Source of the DNA: Haliotis rubra
Taxonomy: Eukaryota
DNA length: 64,000 nucleotides
NCBI RefSeq assembly: GCF_003918875.1
Contig: NW_025766892.1
Location: forward strand, 620,001-684,000
Reading direction: 5' to 3'
This document shows, piece after piece, positions 43,519 through 57,000 of the stretch (position 1 is its first letter; every line of letters starts with the position of its first letter). Under the pieces are notes generated by a model. It did no database searches and was not told the DNA's origin. It saw only the letters and a list, made by a program, of their open reading frames with translations. The translations under genes and the position numbers were made by a program.

Positions 43519-44319
43519 AGGTCACATAAACCCTAGGGGTACAAATACATAAATCACTAACTGGCATCGTTATAAATGAAACCCCGTCATTAAAACTACT
43601 CATTTCTGACCTTTAATTGACTTAAATCGACCTTTTGACAACAGTGCACAATTGCTCACTGAGCGAACGAAATTTCAACCAATCAGAGCTGCTACTCTGT
43701 GACGTCATATGAGGAATAGCTTTGAGAGCCGATGCAGAATTCATCTACATTTTAGGGGGTAAATTATCGTGTTTACAGGCTTGTATAAACCTGAAATCGT
43801 GACAATTGTTGTGGAAAAATGAAAGCTATATGTTCTCACAATCTACTGTCATTTAATTTTGTCTCAAGTCTCCTTTGCCTAGTTTCCGAAGTTACAACTT
43901 GTGTTTTCATAGACGATTCTGTCAAAATCGATTTGTGCCGTTAAGCCCTATTTGTATAATGACTGATCCAAATTGATCCCATTTCTGTGTTGTTTTTACC
44001 TCGATATTTAATCATGTCATGTAAAAATCTGTTTGTATTCTCAAAACAGTGTCGGCCAATAAGTTTTCACATGCAATACAGCAATTAATACTCCCTCGAT
44101 TTGTAACCTCGTGTTAGGTGGTATAAACCTACACATGTTATTTGTCATCATTCACTTGATGGTCAGTTAATGAATTTATAACAGGTATAATTAGTGGTAA
44201 CACACTTAGATTACCCGACAAAGGTTCCCATTTGGCATTTCTTGTGTCTGGGAGTAAATATTCAACATTATAAACATCGATCAAAGGATTAACCGATAAC
44301 ACGCTGATTGATTAATTAT
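43519..44319. mobile_element. Probable TTAA-targeting DNA element (one end only)
   Basis: Begins TTAA|AGGTCACAT exactly where the paralogous unit (46002-46005) continues TTAA|GCTTT. Confidence 0.45.
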
Positions 44320-44975
44320 AAAGCATTGACCCATTGAATATCATTCAATATCTTTGCACTCATATTATTGAGTGTGGTGATGAACATGCATGTGTTTTTG
44401 TGGCTGCATGAACTTATGCTTGGTACTTTTAGTGCTAGCTCACTGAGATACTGCAGTTTAACATGTGTGCCCAACTCACAAACGATACTCTAACTCCAAG
44501 CCGAGCAGTCCTTGTTTTTTCGTTTTAATGAAGTGTGCCAAGCAGGCTCTTTTCATGTTAGTGTAGAACCTCATGTAAATAAAATTAATTTATATGTTTT
44601 GATGTATTTTCCATTGGTCTGTTAATAAGCCTGTTCTGAAGAACGTGAAGAGAATGGCTTCTAATTATTTTACTCTGTCTATTAATGATACAAGAATTAC
44701 TAAAGTAACACATCTTATTCTTGAAATTTAAAGTTCAATCTGGTAAAATGTTTACTGCAACTGAAGCACATTATATTATCCTTGTTTCCAATAACAAAAC
44801 CATTTAACAACATACACATTTATTTTTCATACACATTATCTACAATTCCAATGAAATATTTACATTCACAAAATGAGGGAGAGTAAACCTTGTGGATGAA
44901 CAGTAAACTAATACTGTTTCACAGAACATTCAAATGACCTTCAAATCTTTATACATGTGATGGTACACAAAAACT

Positions 44976-46351
44976 TTATTCCATATTCAGCTTAAAACGG
45001 AGTCCAGGTGCAGTACGATATCGAAATGTTCCTGTCCATGTCTGGTTTTCTGTATCAGTAAAATCTCCGTCTCCTTCCATCCTGAAGAGAAATGTTTTAC
45101 ATTTTAGCCACATATAGGTGACTGAAATAAGGTCTCCGCTCCAAATCCATACCAGAAACATTTTGAAATATACTACTACAACTTTTGATGGGTATACATT
45201 TATGTATCAACAAATAACAGAAATACCCTTGTCAATAGTAGTATTATGCATGGTCTCTTCCAGAAGACCTCTTCCAGAAAATGTGAGACTAATGTTTTTT
45301 TACATTCAATTTGACAAATTGTTACAACAAATTATGACTTCTTACTTGTTTTCAACAAACTGTCCTTCATAAAATGATCCATTGGGCCAGACATATTTTC
45401 CGGTTCCATGAAACTGGTTGTTGTTGAACTTCGCCAATGTACACACTGCCAGATGGATGGGTCAACTTCCCTTGACCATTCATCTTGTCCCCTGCCCACT
45501 GTCCTTCATACACCACACCCTCTGTTGTTGTGTGAGTGCCCTCCCCATTCCGCTCCAGGGCACCAGCCTCAGCCTTGCTGTACTCTCCATCTATCAACAA
45601 GGAGGTTACGTCATAGCAGCATTGCAGCTCAGCACCAACCACATAGCACATATTGTCTAATGTAAATAATCCTGATGGCTAAAAACACTTTTCAGGTAAT
45701 TTGGAAGCAAATATATCCAATGTTAATATCATCCATTGTTACAAGCAATGAGGCATTAGTGGAACAACAATATTTTATCACTGATGACATAGTGTGGAAA
45801 TTTGCTTGTTTATTTCCGATTTTTGACTGGATCTTCCCAAAGAATCGCTCATCAGAACAAATGTGTTATGGTGAGTTTCAGTGTCAAGATCAGTAAAACC
45901 AGATTACACCAAACAGAAAACCATACTTGAATAAAAACCTCATATTTTGCTAAAAAGATACAGACCTCAGTCTTCCATTTTATCCCCAACCAAATAGTTA
46001 TTTAAGCTTTATAGCTGAAAACTTGGAGTGTCCCTTTGTGTTGCGTTTGACAGCTATATAGTACCATGCCGTTACATGAAGCTGTTCAGACTACCTGACA
46101 GCTGAATAAACCTTTTCCCCCAAAAGGTGACAATTTATCGTTGGGAAAAAGAATATTTACCGTATTTATCTCCATTGGCAAACATGTACACTCCTTTCAA
46201 TTTTTCTTCGGGTCCATCATCGCCCCTTTTCTTGTCTTTTTTCTTTTCTGTAATTAGAATGAAGTATGACTGTAAATTAGGCAACGCACAATAATAAGTG
46301 TGTTTTAAAACGGTTCTTAAAAACAAATCTTCATCACATACCTCCTGGCAT
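44976..46351 (-). CDS. MORN2: MORN repeat-containing protein 2, 4 coding exons; one-base frameshift near 45431 in this copy
   Basis: Exons 46351-46342 (ATG CCA GGA G), 46247-46161 (..GVYMFANGDKY), 45590-45346 (YEGQWAGDKMNGQGKLTHPSGSVYIGEF..FHGTGKYVWPNGSFYEGQFVEN, after removing one base), 45081-44976 (MEGDGDFTDTENQTWTGTFRYRTAPGLRFKLNME*). C-terminus matches MORN2. Confidence 0.85.
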
Positions 46352-46403
46352 GACTGCAGATCCTAAACTGAATCCTTTGTTGTTGCTTTGTTATTGAATG
46401 GGC

Positions 46404-46448
46404 GCAGCCATTTGTAATTGATTTCCATAGCAACGAGATCTCGCGAGA
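46404..46448 (-). promoter_or_regulatory. MORN2 proximal promoter motifs: RFX X-box, TCTCGCGAGA palindrome, YY1-like site
   Basis: Minus strand GTTGCTATGGAAAT (46434-46421), TCTCGCGAGA (46439-46448), AAATGGCTGC (46413-46404), within 100 nt of the ATG. Confidence 0.6.
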
Positions 46449-47233
46449 ACATGAGAGATAGATGCTATTAAAAAAGAATCTAATTTACCAGCCATATGCC
46501 GCTTAATCGATGTTAAATGCATGTGCAGTACTTGAGAATGGTTAATAGATGCTTTGCAGACGGAAATGTCTCTAAGCAGTGCGTAGATGTCTGTACGAAT
46601 CTGCGGCGGACCTGACTTTTTCAATCAAGGTCATTTTTCTAAGGTCATCGATGTTGATACTATTTGTAATACGCATGATGTCATATCTTTGCAGTCTCCA
46701 GGTGAGACATATTATAAAACTGGCGATTCTTGGTGTCGCGATTTCATCAAAATGTGAAATAAACAGTATCACTGTCACCATATCACAAGTGAAGGCTACT
46801 TCATGTTTTTGCTGGATGTGTTGAGAGCAAAATTAGTTTCTAAGCAATATTTCTAGCAAAAAGTTTTCATGAGAACTACCTCATTTAGTGAGAAAAATGA
46901 CAGTGACACAGCGAAAGAGAAGAGGGGGATCTAAAAAATCTGTCACAACAATATATTTTTGGGTTGTTTTTTTGTGGGGTTTAAGAGGAAATTACATATG
47001 TTTTTCAACTAAAACATATGGAAGAAGAAGGTATTATGGAGTTGGGATGAGGTTGCTTGGGATCGGAAAACAGACTGCAGTTCTCAGACCAATCGTAACC
47101 TGCTTATGAAATTACCAGTTTCTTAGTCGAAAACTCAAATTCAACGAACATAAGATAAAATAACACTATATTTTCGCGAAGGACATTAGGGTAATATCTG
47201 CTACAGGTCTCAACTTGTTATTGTTATAATAAC

Positions 47234-48735
47234 GAGTGAGTGAGTATGGGTTTACGCCGCTTTTAACAATATTCCAGCACGGCGGGGGACACCAGAAATA
47301 GTACCCATGCGGTGAATCGAACCCGGGTCTTCGGCGTGACGAGCCAACGCTTTAACCACAAGGCTAACCCACCGTCCCTGTAGCACAGAGAAACCAAGAT
47401 AAATTCTAAACAACGACACAAAAGCCAGCCTGTGTCCTGCATGTGCAAATCATTTGTGTCCTTGTGTTGAAGGATGTGAGTTTGGGAGAATATGAACTAT
47501 ACATATGGAGAATTTAATCCGATTATCACTATCGTACCAGTAATTTACAATGTTTCACTGGTGTGAAACTACCACCCCTATTATTATAATAAGCAATTAC
47601 TGGTTAATACATGCACAGCTGCATAAAATACATCACAGACGTATTTAACTGTAAATGATGCACTAGCAAATAAATGCTCAGCACATATATACTACAAAAC
47701 CGTCTAAAAACCAGTACAAACTTGCGTGAATGAATTCCAGGTATATAGTGTTTCCCAAAACGGGCAGGATTTCAAAAGGGGCAGGTAATTACAGATTTCC
47801 AAGTATTATGTTAAGTTATTCCTGCATATGATTCTTCAAGGCTCAAACAGCACAGTTATTTCACGTAACGTCAACAATAAGTTAATACCACCAAGTGTTA
47901 ATATATATTTTTGTATTGAATGTAGGGAAAGGCACCAAATATAAAGGGCAGGCGGCCAAATAAAAAGGGCAGGGTGCTGCGCCCTGCTAAAAAATCCTAG
48001 GGGAAAGACTAAGGTAAACATATTTTAGATGGTTCTCTTGCCAGTCATCGATCAGTCCAAAATGGAATGAGTAAGTTTGAAAAAATGAGTTTATACTGGA
48101 ACCTCGATATTCATATTTGGCCGTGGTGTAGTGGTTAGAGCGTCCGCCCGGAGAACGGAAGGTCGCGGGTTCTTTAAAAAAAACCCATTTCACCTCACCT
48201 CACCTCATATTTGGCAAGGTTTTAGATATGTGTTTTGTTTATGATTTGAGTGATTATGGTTTTATATCCCTTTATACCACGACAGGGTACACCAGAAATG
48301 TGTGTCACGTGTATCCATGTGGAAATCAAGCCCCATCTTCAGTGTTACGAGCCAACACTTTAATTACTCCACCGCCCTTGGAGCATCGAGAGTTAGTGAG
48401 TGAGTCGGGTTTTGCACCCGATAATAGCAATATTCAAGAACTATCACGACCGAGGACACCAGACATGGGTGTGACACAGTGTACTCGTGTGGGGAATTGA
48501 GCTGGCGTGACGAGCCAACGCTATAACCACTAGGCTTTCCCACCGTCCCTGTAGCACAGAGAAACTAAGATATATTCTAAACAACGACACGAGCCAGCCT
48601 GTGTCCTGCATGTGCAAACCATTGGTGTTCAAGAACTGCCGGATGTGATTTTGGAAGAATATAAGATAAATATATGGAGAATTTAATCCGAGTATCACTA
48701 TTGTACCAGTAATTTACAATGTTTTACTGCTGTGC
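47234..48735. repeat. Older local duplication of a SINE plus its flank (~47234-47565 versus ~48396-48733)
   Basis: The shared unique flank CCCTGTAGCACAGAGAAAC..CCAGTAATTTACAATGTTT follows the SINE in both copies; differences are mostly substitutions. Confidence 0.75.
47746..48011. mobile_element. MITE with TAGTGTTTCCC..GGGAAAGACTA termini
   Basis: Imperfect TIRs and internal GGGCAG repeats; TSD not clean. Confidence 0.5.
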
Positions 48736-49840
48736 CCAGAGGATATCTTTCAAGTTCAGGTACATAGCAAATCTTAGGAATTAATTTTTTTTCAATAAAA
48801 TTCTGCCTTTTCATGTCGACATTATTCGCTCTTGCATGAGAGAAAAATGGCATATCACCACAACAAATGTTATGTGGAAGACAGTGCTACTTTATATGTA
48901 CTTATCTTATCTACGATTTTAGTTTTTCATTGATTTAATTAAACGAAAGCTTAGTGTTTTTGCTACCACCATCCACCCTTTCCGATGAAAATATATATTC
49001 AAATTTTGAATACGGCGTGAGCCTTCATCTTTGATATATTTAAGAAGCTGATCTTCCATATAGGTTGATGAATACTGTATGATGGCCTGTCTTACAGGCC
49101 CTGAACAACATTATTTCCCCTCTTCCCAGCCCTATCTGCCAGCCAATGCACTAAGTGAAGCAAGTCTAGATTCCCTCAGGTTCAGGATCACCAGCACAAT
49201 GGGGTTCCTTTTCATAAATATTTATTTGTTTCTATTAAATGAATATGAATTCAGAGACTTAAGCTTTAGTCTACTTATAGGATATTTAACTGCTTAGACG
49301 ATCCCCCAGTACAGGACCTTCCACATTAGTGTTAGATCTGTACCACATTTTGTCCCATCCCCTCTACTCCCACATGAATGTATACACAGTTTAGAATATA
49401 ATTAAAAAAGGAAATTGATGATGTTATGGTATGGACATAGATTAGCATTAATTGTTATGGTAGTGACACAATAACGGTAGTGACATTGTTAATAATAGCC
49501 AGTTTTATATGTTTACTTTAAAATATAATTTAATGAAATTTGTCAGTCAGATATTTGAGAATATTTAAAGAATGTGTAATAGGCTAATGATTTACTTATG
49601 GATCTCCCTGTCATGTAAACAAACAGATAAAGACTGCATGTTACGGCAGTGACACTGTGACAGGATGTAATGTCACATCCGTAACAGCGCTATCACAGTC
49701 GTGTTCTCCTACGTCAGACTCTTCAAAAGATATGTATTTTTGTTAATAACCCTGCCTTAATAAAATATATAATATATTACTAAGTGATTGTTTGTATTCA
49801 TTACTGATAAATGGATTAAACCATTACAGACTGAGGTAAT

Positions 49841-50526
49841 GGTGTCCTCCCATTACGCAGACAGCCAGTTCGCAGCCAGTTAAAACAACAACATTTACGG
49901 TTCAGTGAACAGATTATCTACTACCTGTTACCTACACATTATTACGGAATAGTCCAAATAAAAACACAGGAACAAACTGAAGCTATATTATTCATTTTGA
50001 AAGAAGGACGAAGAAACAGTAATTTGAATTTTTATTGCTGTAATATACAAACAGTTTATTTTCATAAACATTTCGGTTTAACCTTCTAGTCTAACGGGAG
50101 TCGGCATCATCATATTGAATGTGGCCATGGATGTGAGAATGTTTTTCATTACTTCTTTGAATGTCCATTGTATACTAGTCAAAGACATAAACTGTTACAA
50201 TCTTTAGAAAATATTGTTAAAATTAGAACAGTGATTGGTATTAATCGTATCTTACATGGCAATGCAGGTGTCTCATTTACTGCAAATCAGAATGTTTTCA
50301 AATATGTACATATCTATATCTCTCCAACAAAACGTTTTCTCAGTTAACTCCTGTTGTACATATGCTATTATTGGGAGGGGTCTTTTCTATCAATAAACAC
50401 AATCAAAACCTCTCAGTGACAAACCTGTTTTTATATTCGATAGTAATTGATAGTAAAATCAATTTTGAGAAGAGAAATCATTTATCATTTAATCACAACA
50501 ATGGGTGTGTCAATTGGGAGATAACC
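49841..50526. mobile_element. Non-autonomous derivative of the same MULE family
   Basis: Same left end (GGTGTCCTCCCATTACGCAGACAGCCAGTTCGCAG) and right end (GGGAGATAACC) as 37517-38916; 8-bp TSD GAGGTAAT (49833-49840, 50527-50534). Confidence 0.85.
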
Positions 50527-51031
50527 GAGGTAATCAGTATGCTAAAGTGTGTGCAGTCATCCAGAAATGTTGTTATAAGCTGTGGAAGTTTAGGGATGTC
50601 GAAGTTTTGGGAGGATACCATCATAATTAAATAATTTTTCCGGACCCAGAATATCATTAAAACAAACCTCACACATTATATTTAGAAACATAGACCTGTC
50701 TTTGCTCCCGTGACTATGGACCCAATATTATAATTGTGATAAAATTTCGCTTCATTGTGCCATATTATAATTGTGATAAAATTTCGCTTCACTGTGTCAA
50801 TATTTCTATTCTATTTGTCCTGGACAGTTTTTTTGGGGGAAGAGACAGGATTTTTATAAATTAATATCATGGTATAAGTAGATATTTCACATATTTGGTA
50901 ATGCGGTGTAAATGTTTAACAGTTAAGGGTTTCTCAGTCAGTAGTATTGGAGATAGTCGACACGAAAGCATTATTTTCTATCAGCATTTATCACTGACCT
51001 TGCCGGCAGAGGAGCCGATTGCTCCAACATT

Positions 51032-54000
51032 ATGTTTCGTTCGACTGTCGTGGTCCGTGGCATTTTGCGACAGTCAGCAGTCGGGAGATTGCGCACATTA
51101 CCGATAAGATGTATATGTACAAAACTCGCACACCAGCACTTTGCCAGGTATACAGAATCAACATGCACGAGTTTTGTGCATGCACATGCCAGTGTCAACT
51201 GTCAGTTCACAACAATATCTACGTTAATCAATATTGTAATTGCTTTATGGCCCTATGACAAATGTTATATGCACGATATGATATGGTTCCACACTGCTTC
51301 ATAACGATATCGCGTACGAGGTAGTAAGGAGGTGTATGGATTACATATTGAATGTAGTGAATGTACCACTGAACCGAAGTTAATTTGGTGTCCCCCTAGC
51401 CGAGAGCCTCTCTACTAGTGTCCCCACGCCGTTATAATGCTGGAATATTGCGGAAAGCGGCGTAAAACCCAACTCACTCACTCACTCCGAAGTTAATTTT
51501 CACGATCCAAGATGCGACAAAGTGTTTAACATCTCGGTTCTAGAAAAATACGACATGTGACGTTTGTAACCTGCCCTTTTCAGTCATATTGGGCATAAAG
51601 CTGGAAGATACTTGATATAGCGCAAACATACTTTTCAATGTATCTCTTGTCATTGAACTCCTTGGTTGTAATCTGTGGAGTGATTGAAATCTTGATTGAT
51701 ACTCTTGCTTCATGATGTAATACCCTTGAATGTGTTGAATAATGGAGTATCATGATGTGATGAACTGTCTTGTTATATATGCTCAAGGTTAACTTATCAA
51801 CAGCATGGGATCCTTTTTGTCTGTTCCATTTATGTCAGATTTATTGTCAGTTGTGTGGACAGTAAAACTGTCATATACATAACAACATGTTTCATCTTCA
51901 CTGGCATATTTGAATCCATCACAGATTTTAGATCATGAGACTGTTATCAGTTGACCACTGATATTATACTGCAGTGACTGAAAAAAGCTTTCATTTGATT
52001 TGTATATTTTCTGGCTTATAATTTTTAATTTGCAACAGAAGAAAAGCTGTTTTACATAAAACCTAATAAGTATGTTTCCCTTTCTAGGTCCACTACATTG
52101 AAATCTGTAGGTCATCGAAGCACCTTGAGGTCATGGCAGTCCCGTCGTCTCTACAGTTCAGGTAAAATGTATATGCATAATTTACATGAGAGCAAACTTG
52201 TGAGTATATCCAGGTTAGAATAGTTCCTCTACAACTTGTTGGTCATATTAGTCAACTTAATGGATTGTCAGTCTTGCTGATTCATTGCAATTGTTATTAC
52301 TCATAATATAGCTGATATTTTTTATCCAGTCCCTATTATTCACAGGCCACATTCATATAGGTTAAACTATTGCCACATCCAACAACCTGTCATCTGTTCA
52401 GCACTCAGTTTGTTTCCTTTCTTCATACATGTCATGCTTAATGGCATCTGTGTGTGTTGCCCCAGATCTGCCAGACTGTTACAAGATAGTGTTGCCTGCC
52501 CTGTCCCCCACCATGGAGACTGGGACCATCATCAACTGGCAGAAGAAGGAGGGGGACAAGGTGTCTGATGGGGACCTCCTGGCTGAGATCGAGACTGACA
52601 AGGCCACGATGGGATTCGAGTCAGTTGAGGAGGGTTACCTTGCAAAGATCCTTATCCCTGCTGGCTCAAAAGATGTGCCTATTGGGAAGGTCTGTTTTAA
52701 GGAGATGATAATTTTTAATCACATAGAAATGATTAGTCATTTTACAGTATACAACTACTTCAGGAAAATAGCCCCGTTAGTCGGACTCCGATAATCCGGA
52801 TGTCTCGCCTCCGGCGATTTCAGCTTGTTACCAATCTATGCCTATATAATTTGCCTCGATAATCCGGAAATCGGTTTCGGAACCGGATGATAAGTAGCTG
52901 TCACCAATCAGTAAAATAAACAGTAAATTGCTTCACAGTCCGGACGCTGTAAGTCGTGTTCACAAACCGTAACAACACCTCCCGCGACGTTTACTTAATT
53001 AACTGGCCAACTGGGTTGTTGTTTTAATTAGACATTAAAAGCTCCCGACTGAAGATACTGTACATTTACACTTTGATTGACACCACAATACAAAGCGTCG
53101 ATCACAAGTGAGCTGTTTTGTGATTGGTTAATGTACTTTGACAGACAGATGCGGTCACGTGGACTTAAAGTGATTTTGCTTTTCACGACAATGCTGCAAG
53201 TCACAAGTGTGCTTCGCTAACTTTGCGAAATGTGACCAAATACCACGTCTCATATTCAACCCGATGGATGCAGGAATAATTCGGACATTCAAGGCATACT
53301 ACAATAGATCGGCTTGTTAGACATTACCTCACCTGTGCTGAGGTAGGGCGTGATCAGACACGCCGGATAAACATGCAGATGTCACTTTCGGTAAAATTAT
53401 TGATGTGATGAATTAAGCTTTGCATTAAATGCTTACTAGTTAAGCTTCATGATGTTAAGTATGATTCTTTATGCTACTATCAGTCGTCATTTTAAGATTC
53501 CGTAGATTTCTGTCTTCAAACTCAGGGGAAGCGTGGCTAGACTGAATGAATGACAGGTTTATTCGCGGTCTATAAATTTTCACGCTAAAATGTTTTGTAT
53601 TTTAAAAGCGAAAATAAAACCTGCTTGCTGAAATATATACACGTTTACAGTATTTGTTTTATCCAGATTCGTGTCGTTTTGTAATAGTTTGGGAAGCAAC
53701 TTGGGTCTAGATTCAGTAGTCCGGACTATTAGCAATCCGGACGAATTTACTGAGAAAATAACCGTCCGGATTAACGAGGCTTCACTGTACTTCAGGAAAA
53801 TAGCTACTGTTGTTATTCAGGAGGGAAGGAGGTGCAGTGACTCTGGTGCCATGTTTCTGTGTTATAAAGAGTCAAGGACATCTGCTGTATAAATGGCATT
53901 TAAGTCCATGGCAGTGTAACATTTATAGGTGGGCTGGTGCATCAGGTTTTGAAAATTTACTTGTTGAGTGATGAGCTAATTTTCTCAAGAAACTTGCCTC

Positions 54001-57000
54001 CCTTGTCTTCTCGTCAGTTTTTTGCCTTATGATCACTATATTCTATAAATCCTTACAGTTTAGAAATCAGGGATAGAAATACTTTTTTTTTCTAAGTGTG
54101 CCTTAGGGCACCAGACAAATATTTTAGGTGTGCCTTTCAGAAATTGAGTATGCCCACATGTTTTTAGAATAAATGACAATGATGATGATCATTTGAAATT
54201 TATTGTTAAATAAAGAAATAGGTTTATGAGCAGTCAAATCTGTATGGTATTATTTAATTTGGAAAAAAAAAATTGTTTTGGGGATTAAATGACTAAATGT
54301 GAGTTATGTCTCTGAAAACTCAGGCGTGTCAAAAGGGGACCGAGAACATTTTTTAGCCGTGCCATTTCAATAATTACCGTGCCATGGCACACTAATATAT
54401 GGGGTATTTCGAACCCTGGAAATGTTAATAATTTGAGTTCAGTGTGTCTGTCAGTTAAGTAATTCTTTTACTGTTAACATATAATACATGTGTTCAGTGC
54501 AGCATTTTGAATTTGCTTTATATAATGACCCTTTTGGCAAAATTTAAAAGCACATAATTTATGCATCAATTTTCAACTTGTGCTAATCTTGCTGGTTTTG
54601 GTACTTTTTTCAGTTGGTGTGTATCATTGTGAATGAAGAATCTGATGTAGCAGCATTCAAAGACTACACCCCCCAGCCTGGCGATGACCAGCCTACAGGA
54701 GGAGCCAAGGCTGCCCCACCCCCAGCAGCTGCAGCTCCACCAGCACCTACACCTGTGGCAGCAGCCCCTCCACCTCCAGTAGCTCCTGCCCCTGTAGCTG
54801 CTGCTGCCGCCCCAGCAGCCGTCCCTAGCCCGGGGGGTAGAGTATTTGCAAGCCCTTATGCCAAGACGCTAGCAGCCGAGAAGGGGGTGAATCTTGGTGT
54901 GAGTAGACTGTCACAATGTTTGTTGTTAAAAGCTGCGCTCAGCAATATTACCATAGGCGTTTCAGAATTCACTGTTTACAAAGTAAATTGCTCTATGTTC
55001 ACATTTATTCAAAGTTACATTGCAACTATAAGATATGTGATAACTTTATTAAATAATAGGTTTGTTGGAAAAGTTGTACAACTAATTTGCATGTATTAAC
55101 TTCATTAGGAAAAAATGGGCCACGGGTTAGCCCAGTGGTTACAGCCTTTGATTCCCCCCCACATGGGCACAATGTGTGAAGCCCCTTTTCTTGTGTCCCC
55201 CGCCGTGATACCGCTGGAATATCACTGAAAGTGGCGTAAAACTAAACTCTCACTCGCGCGTCATACCAAAAGATGTTAAGATATGGTACTTGTTGGTCCC
55301 TGCCTGGCGTTCGGCATTAATGGGTACAACAAGGACTGGTTGTCTCGGAATCAGTATAAACTATAATGTCTCTGAGTGGGGTATTCATGCTTAACTTAAC
55401 TTAAAGTTCAGGCATGGTATCTTAGTGGGCTAGCACTATAAAACCAGCTGAAGTCTGGGCTAGTACATGCAGCCACACATACACACACATGCACTTCGTC
55501 ATATGAGCGAAATATTCTCACTCACTCACTCACTCACTCATAGGGGCGGTTGTAGTGGTTAGAGCGTCCGCCCGCAGAGCGGAAGGTCGCAGGTTTGATC
55601 CCCGACCATATCATGCCAAAAGACGTTAAAATATGGTACTTGTTGGTCCCTATCTGGCGTTCGGCATTTATGGGTACAACAAGGACTGGTCGGCTTGGAG
55701 TCAGTATAATGTCTGAGTGGGGGTATTCATGCTTCACTGCGGCATGGTATCTCAGTGGGCTAGCACTATAAAACCAGCTTCAGTCTGAGCTAGTACAAAC
55801 AGCCGCATATACACATACACACGCATGCACGTTGTCATATGAGCGACATAATCTCCAGCACGACGTTAAACCCAATTTCACCTCACGGCCCATAGGGGCG
55901 GTGGGGTAGCCTAGTGGTTAAAGCGTTCGCTCGTCATGCCGAAGACCTGGGTTCAATTCCCCACATGGGCACAATGTGTGAAGCCCATTTCTGGTGTCCC
56001 CTGCCGTAATACTGCTGGAATATTGCTAAAAGCTGGCATAAAACCATACTCACTCACTCACTCACTCTCTCATAGAAAACAAGTCTTGTTGGCTGTTCTA
56101 ATAATCTTGCCGTAGTACCATAAGAAGTGGTGATTATGTGGGGTAATTTTGTAGATGGTCAGTGGTAGTGGCCCAGAGGGTCAGGTCCGAGCCCAGGATG
56201 TGGTGTCCTTCACTCCAAGTGCTGCACCCTTGGCGGTCCCAGCAGTTCCCGGGGCTACCTTTACAGACATCCCACTCTCCAATGTCAGACAGGTATGGTA
56301 GCAGAGATGGTGGATCCATCATGATTTAATATTGAAGGAGGGGTGTGGCAGGGATCCAGATTTTATATTCTAAATTCTGTGTGGATTTAAATTGTTACCT
56401 GTAATATTACAAGTTATGTTGTATTTTAGGAGGTTCGTGAAAATGATTGGTTTGTGATTTGACATGGTCTTTAGATGAGACATTTTGGAGGAAGATAGTC
56501 TACCACTTAGCCTGTTAAATATTCAGTGTTGTTAAGTAATAGTTAAAAGTGACAACACCTTGTCAAAACAATAAAATGGACAAATGGAAACTAGTATCTT
56601 GACACAAGGAAACTAATTTTGTGATAGGTCTTTTTTCTGTTTTATTATGTGTCTTTCTGTACTGGGATTATGTCGAAACACAGTGAAGACTGTCACAGCT
56701 ATAGATATATTGACATTGATATATTTTGGATGGTTGCTGAAGTTTGATGGAACTTTTGTATATTTTATAAATTTCAGGTTATTGCAAAGAGATTGACCCA
56801 ATCGAAGCAGACCATCCCTCACTACTATCTCACAATAGATGTCAATGTTGACCGAGTGCTCAGGTAGGGAATCTCTGCTGTGGTTAAGAATACTGATAGT
56901 ATGTTGTGTAGTACAAGCTTTATACAAAATACACTGATTTTAATTTTGAATATTCTCTTAAAGGACACAATCATCATTATATACTTCCCATCAAAAGTTT

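Larger units (their letters stand above)
41808..46005. repeat. Tandem duplication (units ~41808-43518 and ~44320-46005) of the MORN2 3' part
   Basis: Both units start AAAGCATTGACCCATTGAATATC and end CCAAATAGTTATTTAA. Confidence 0.9.
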
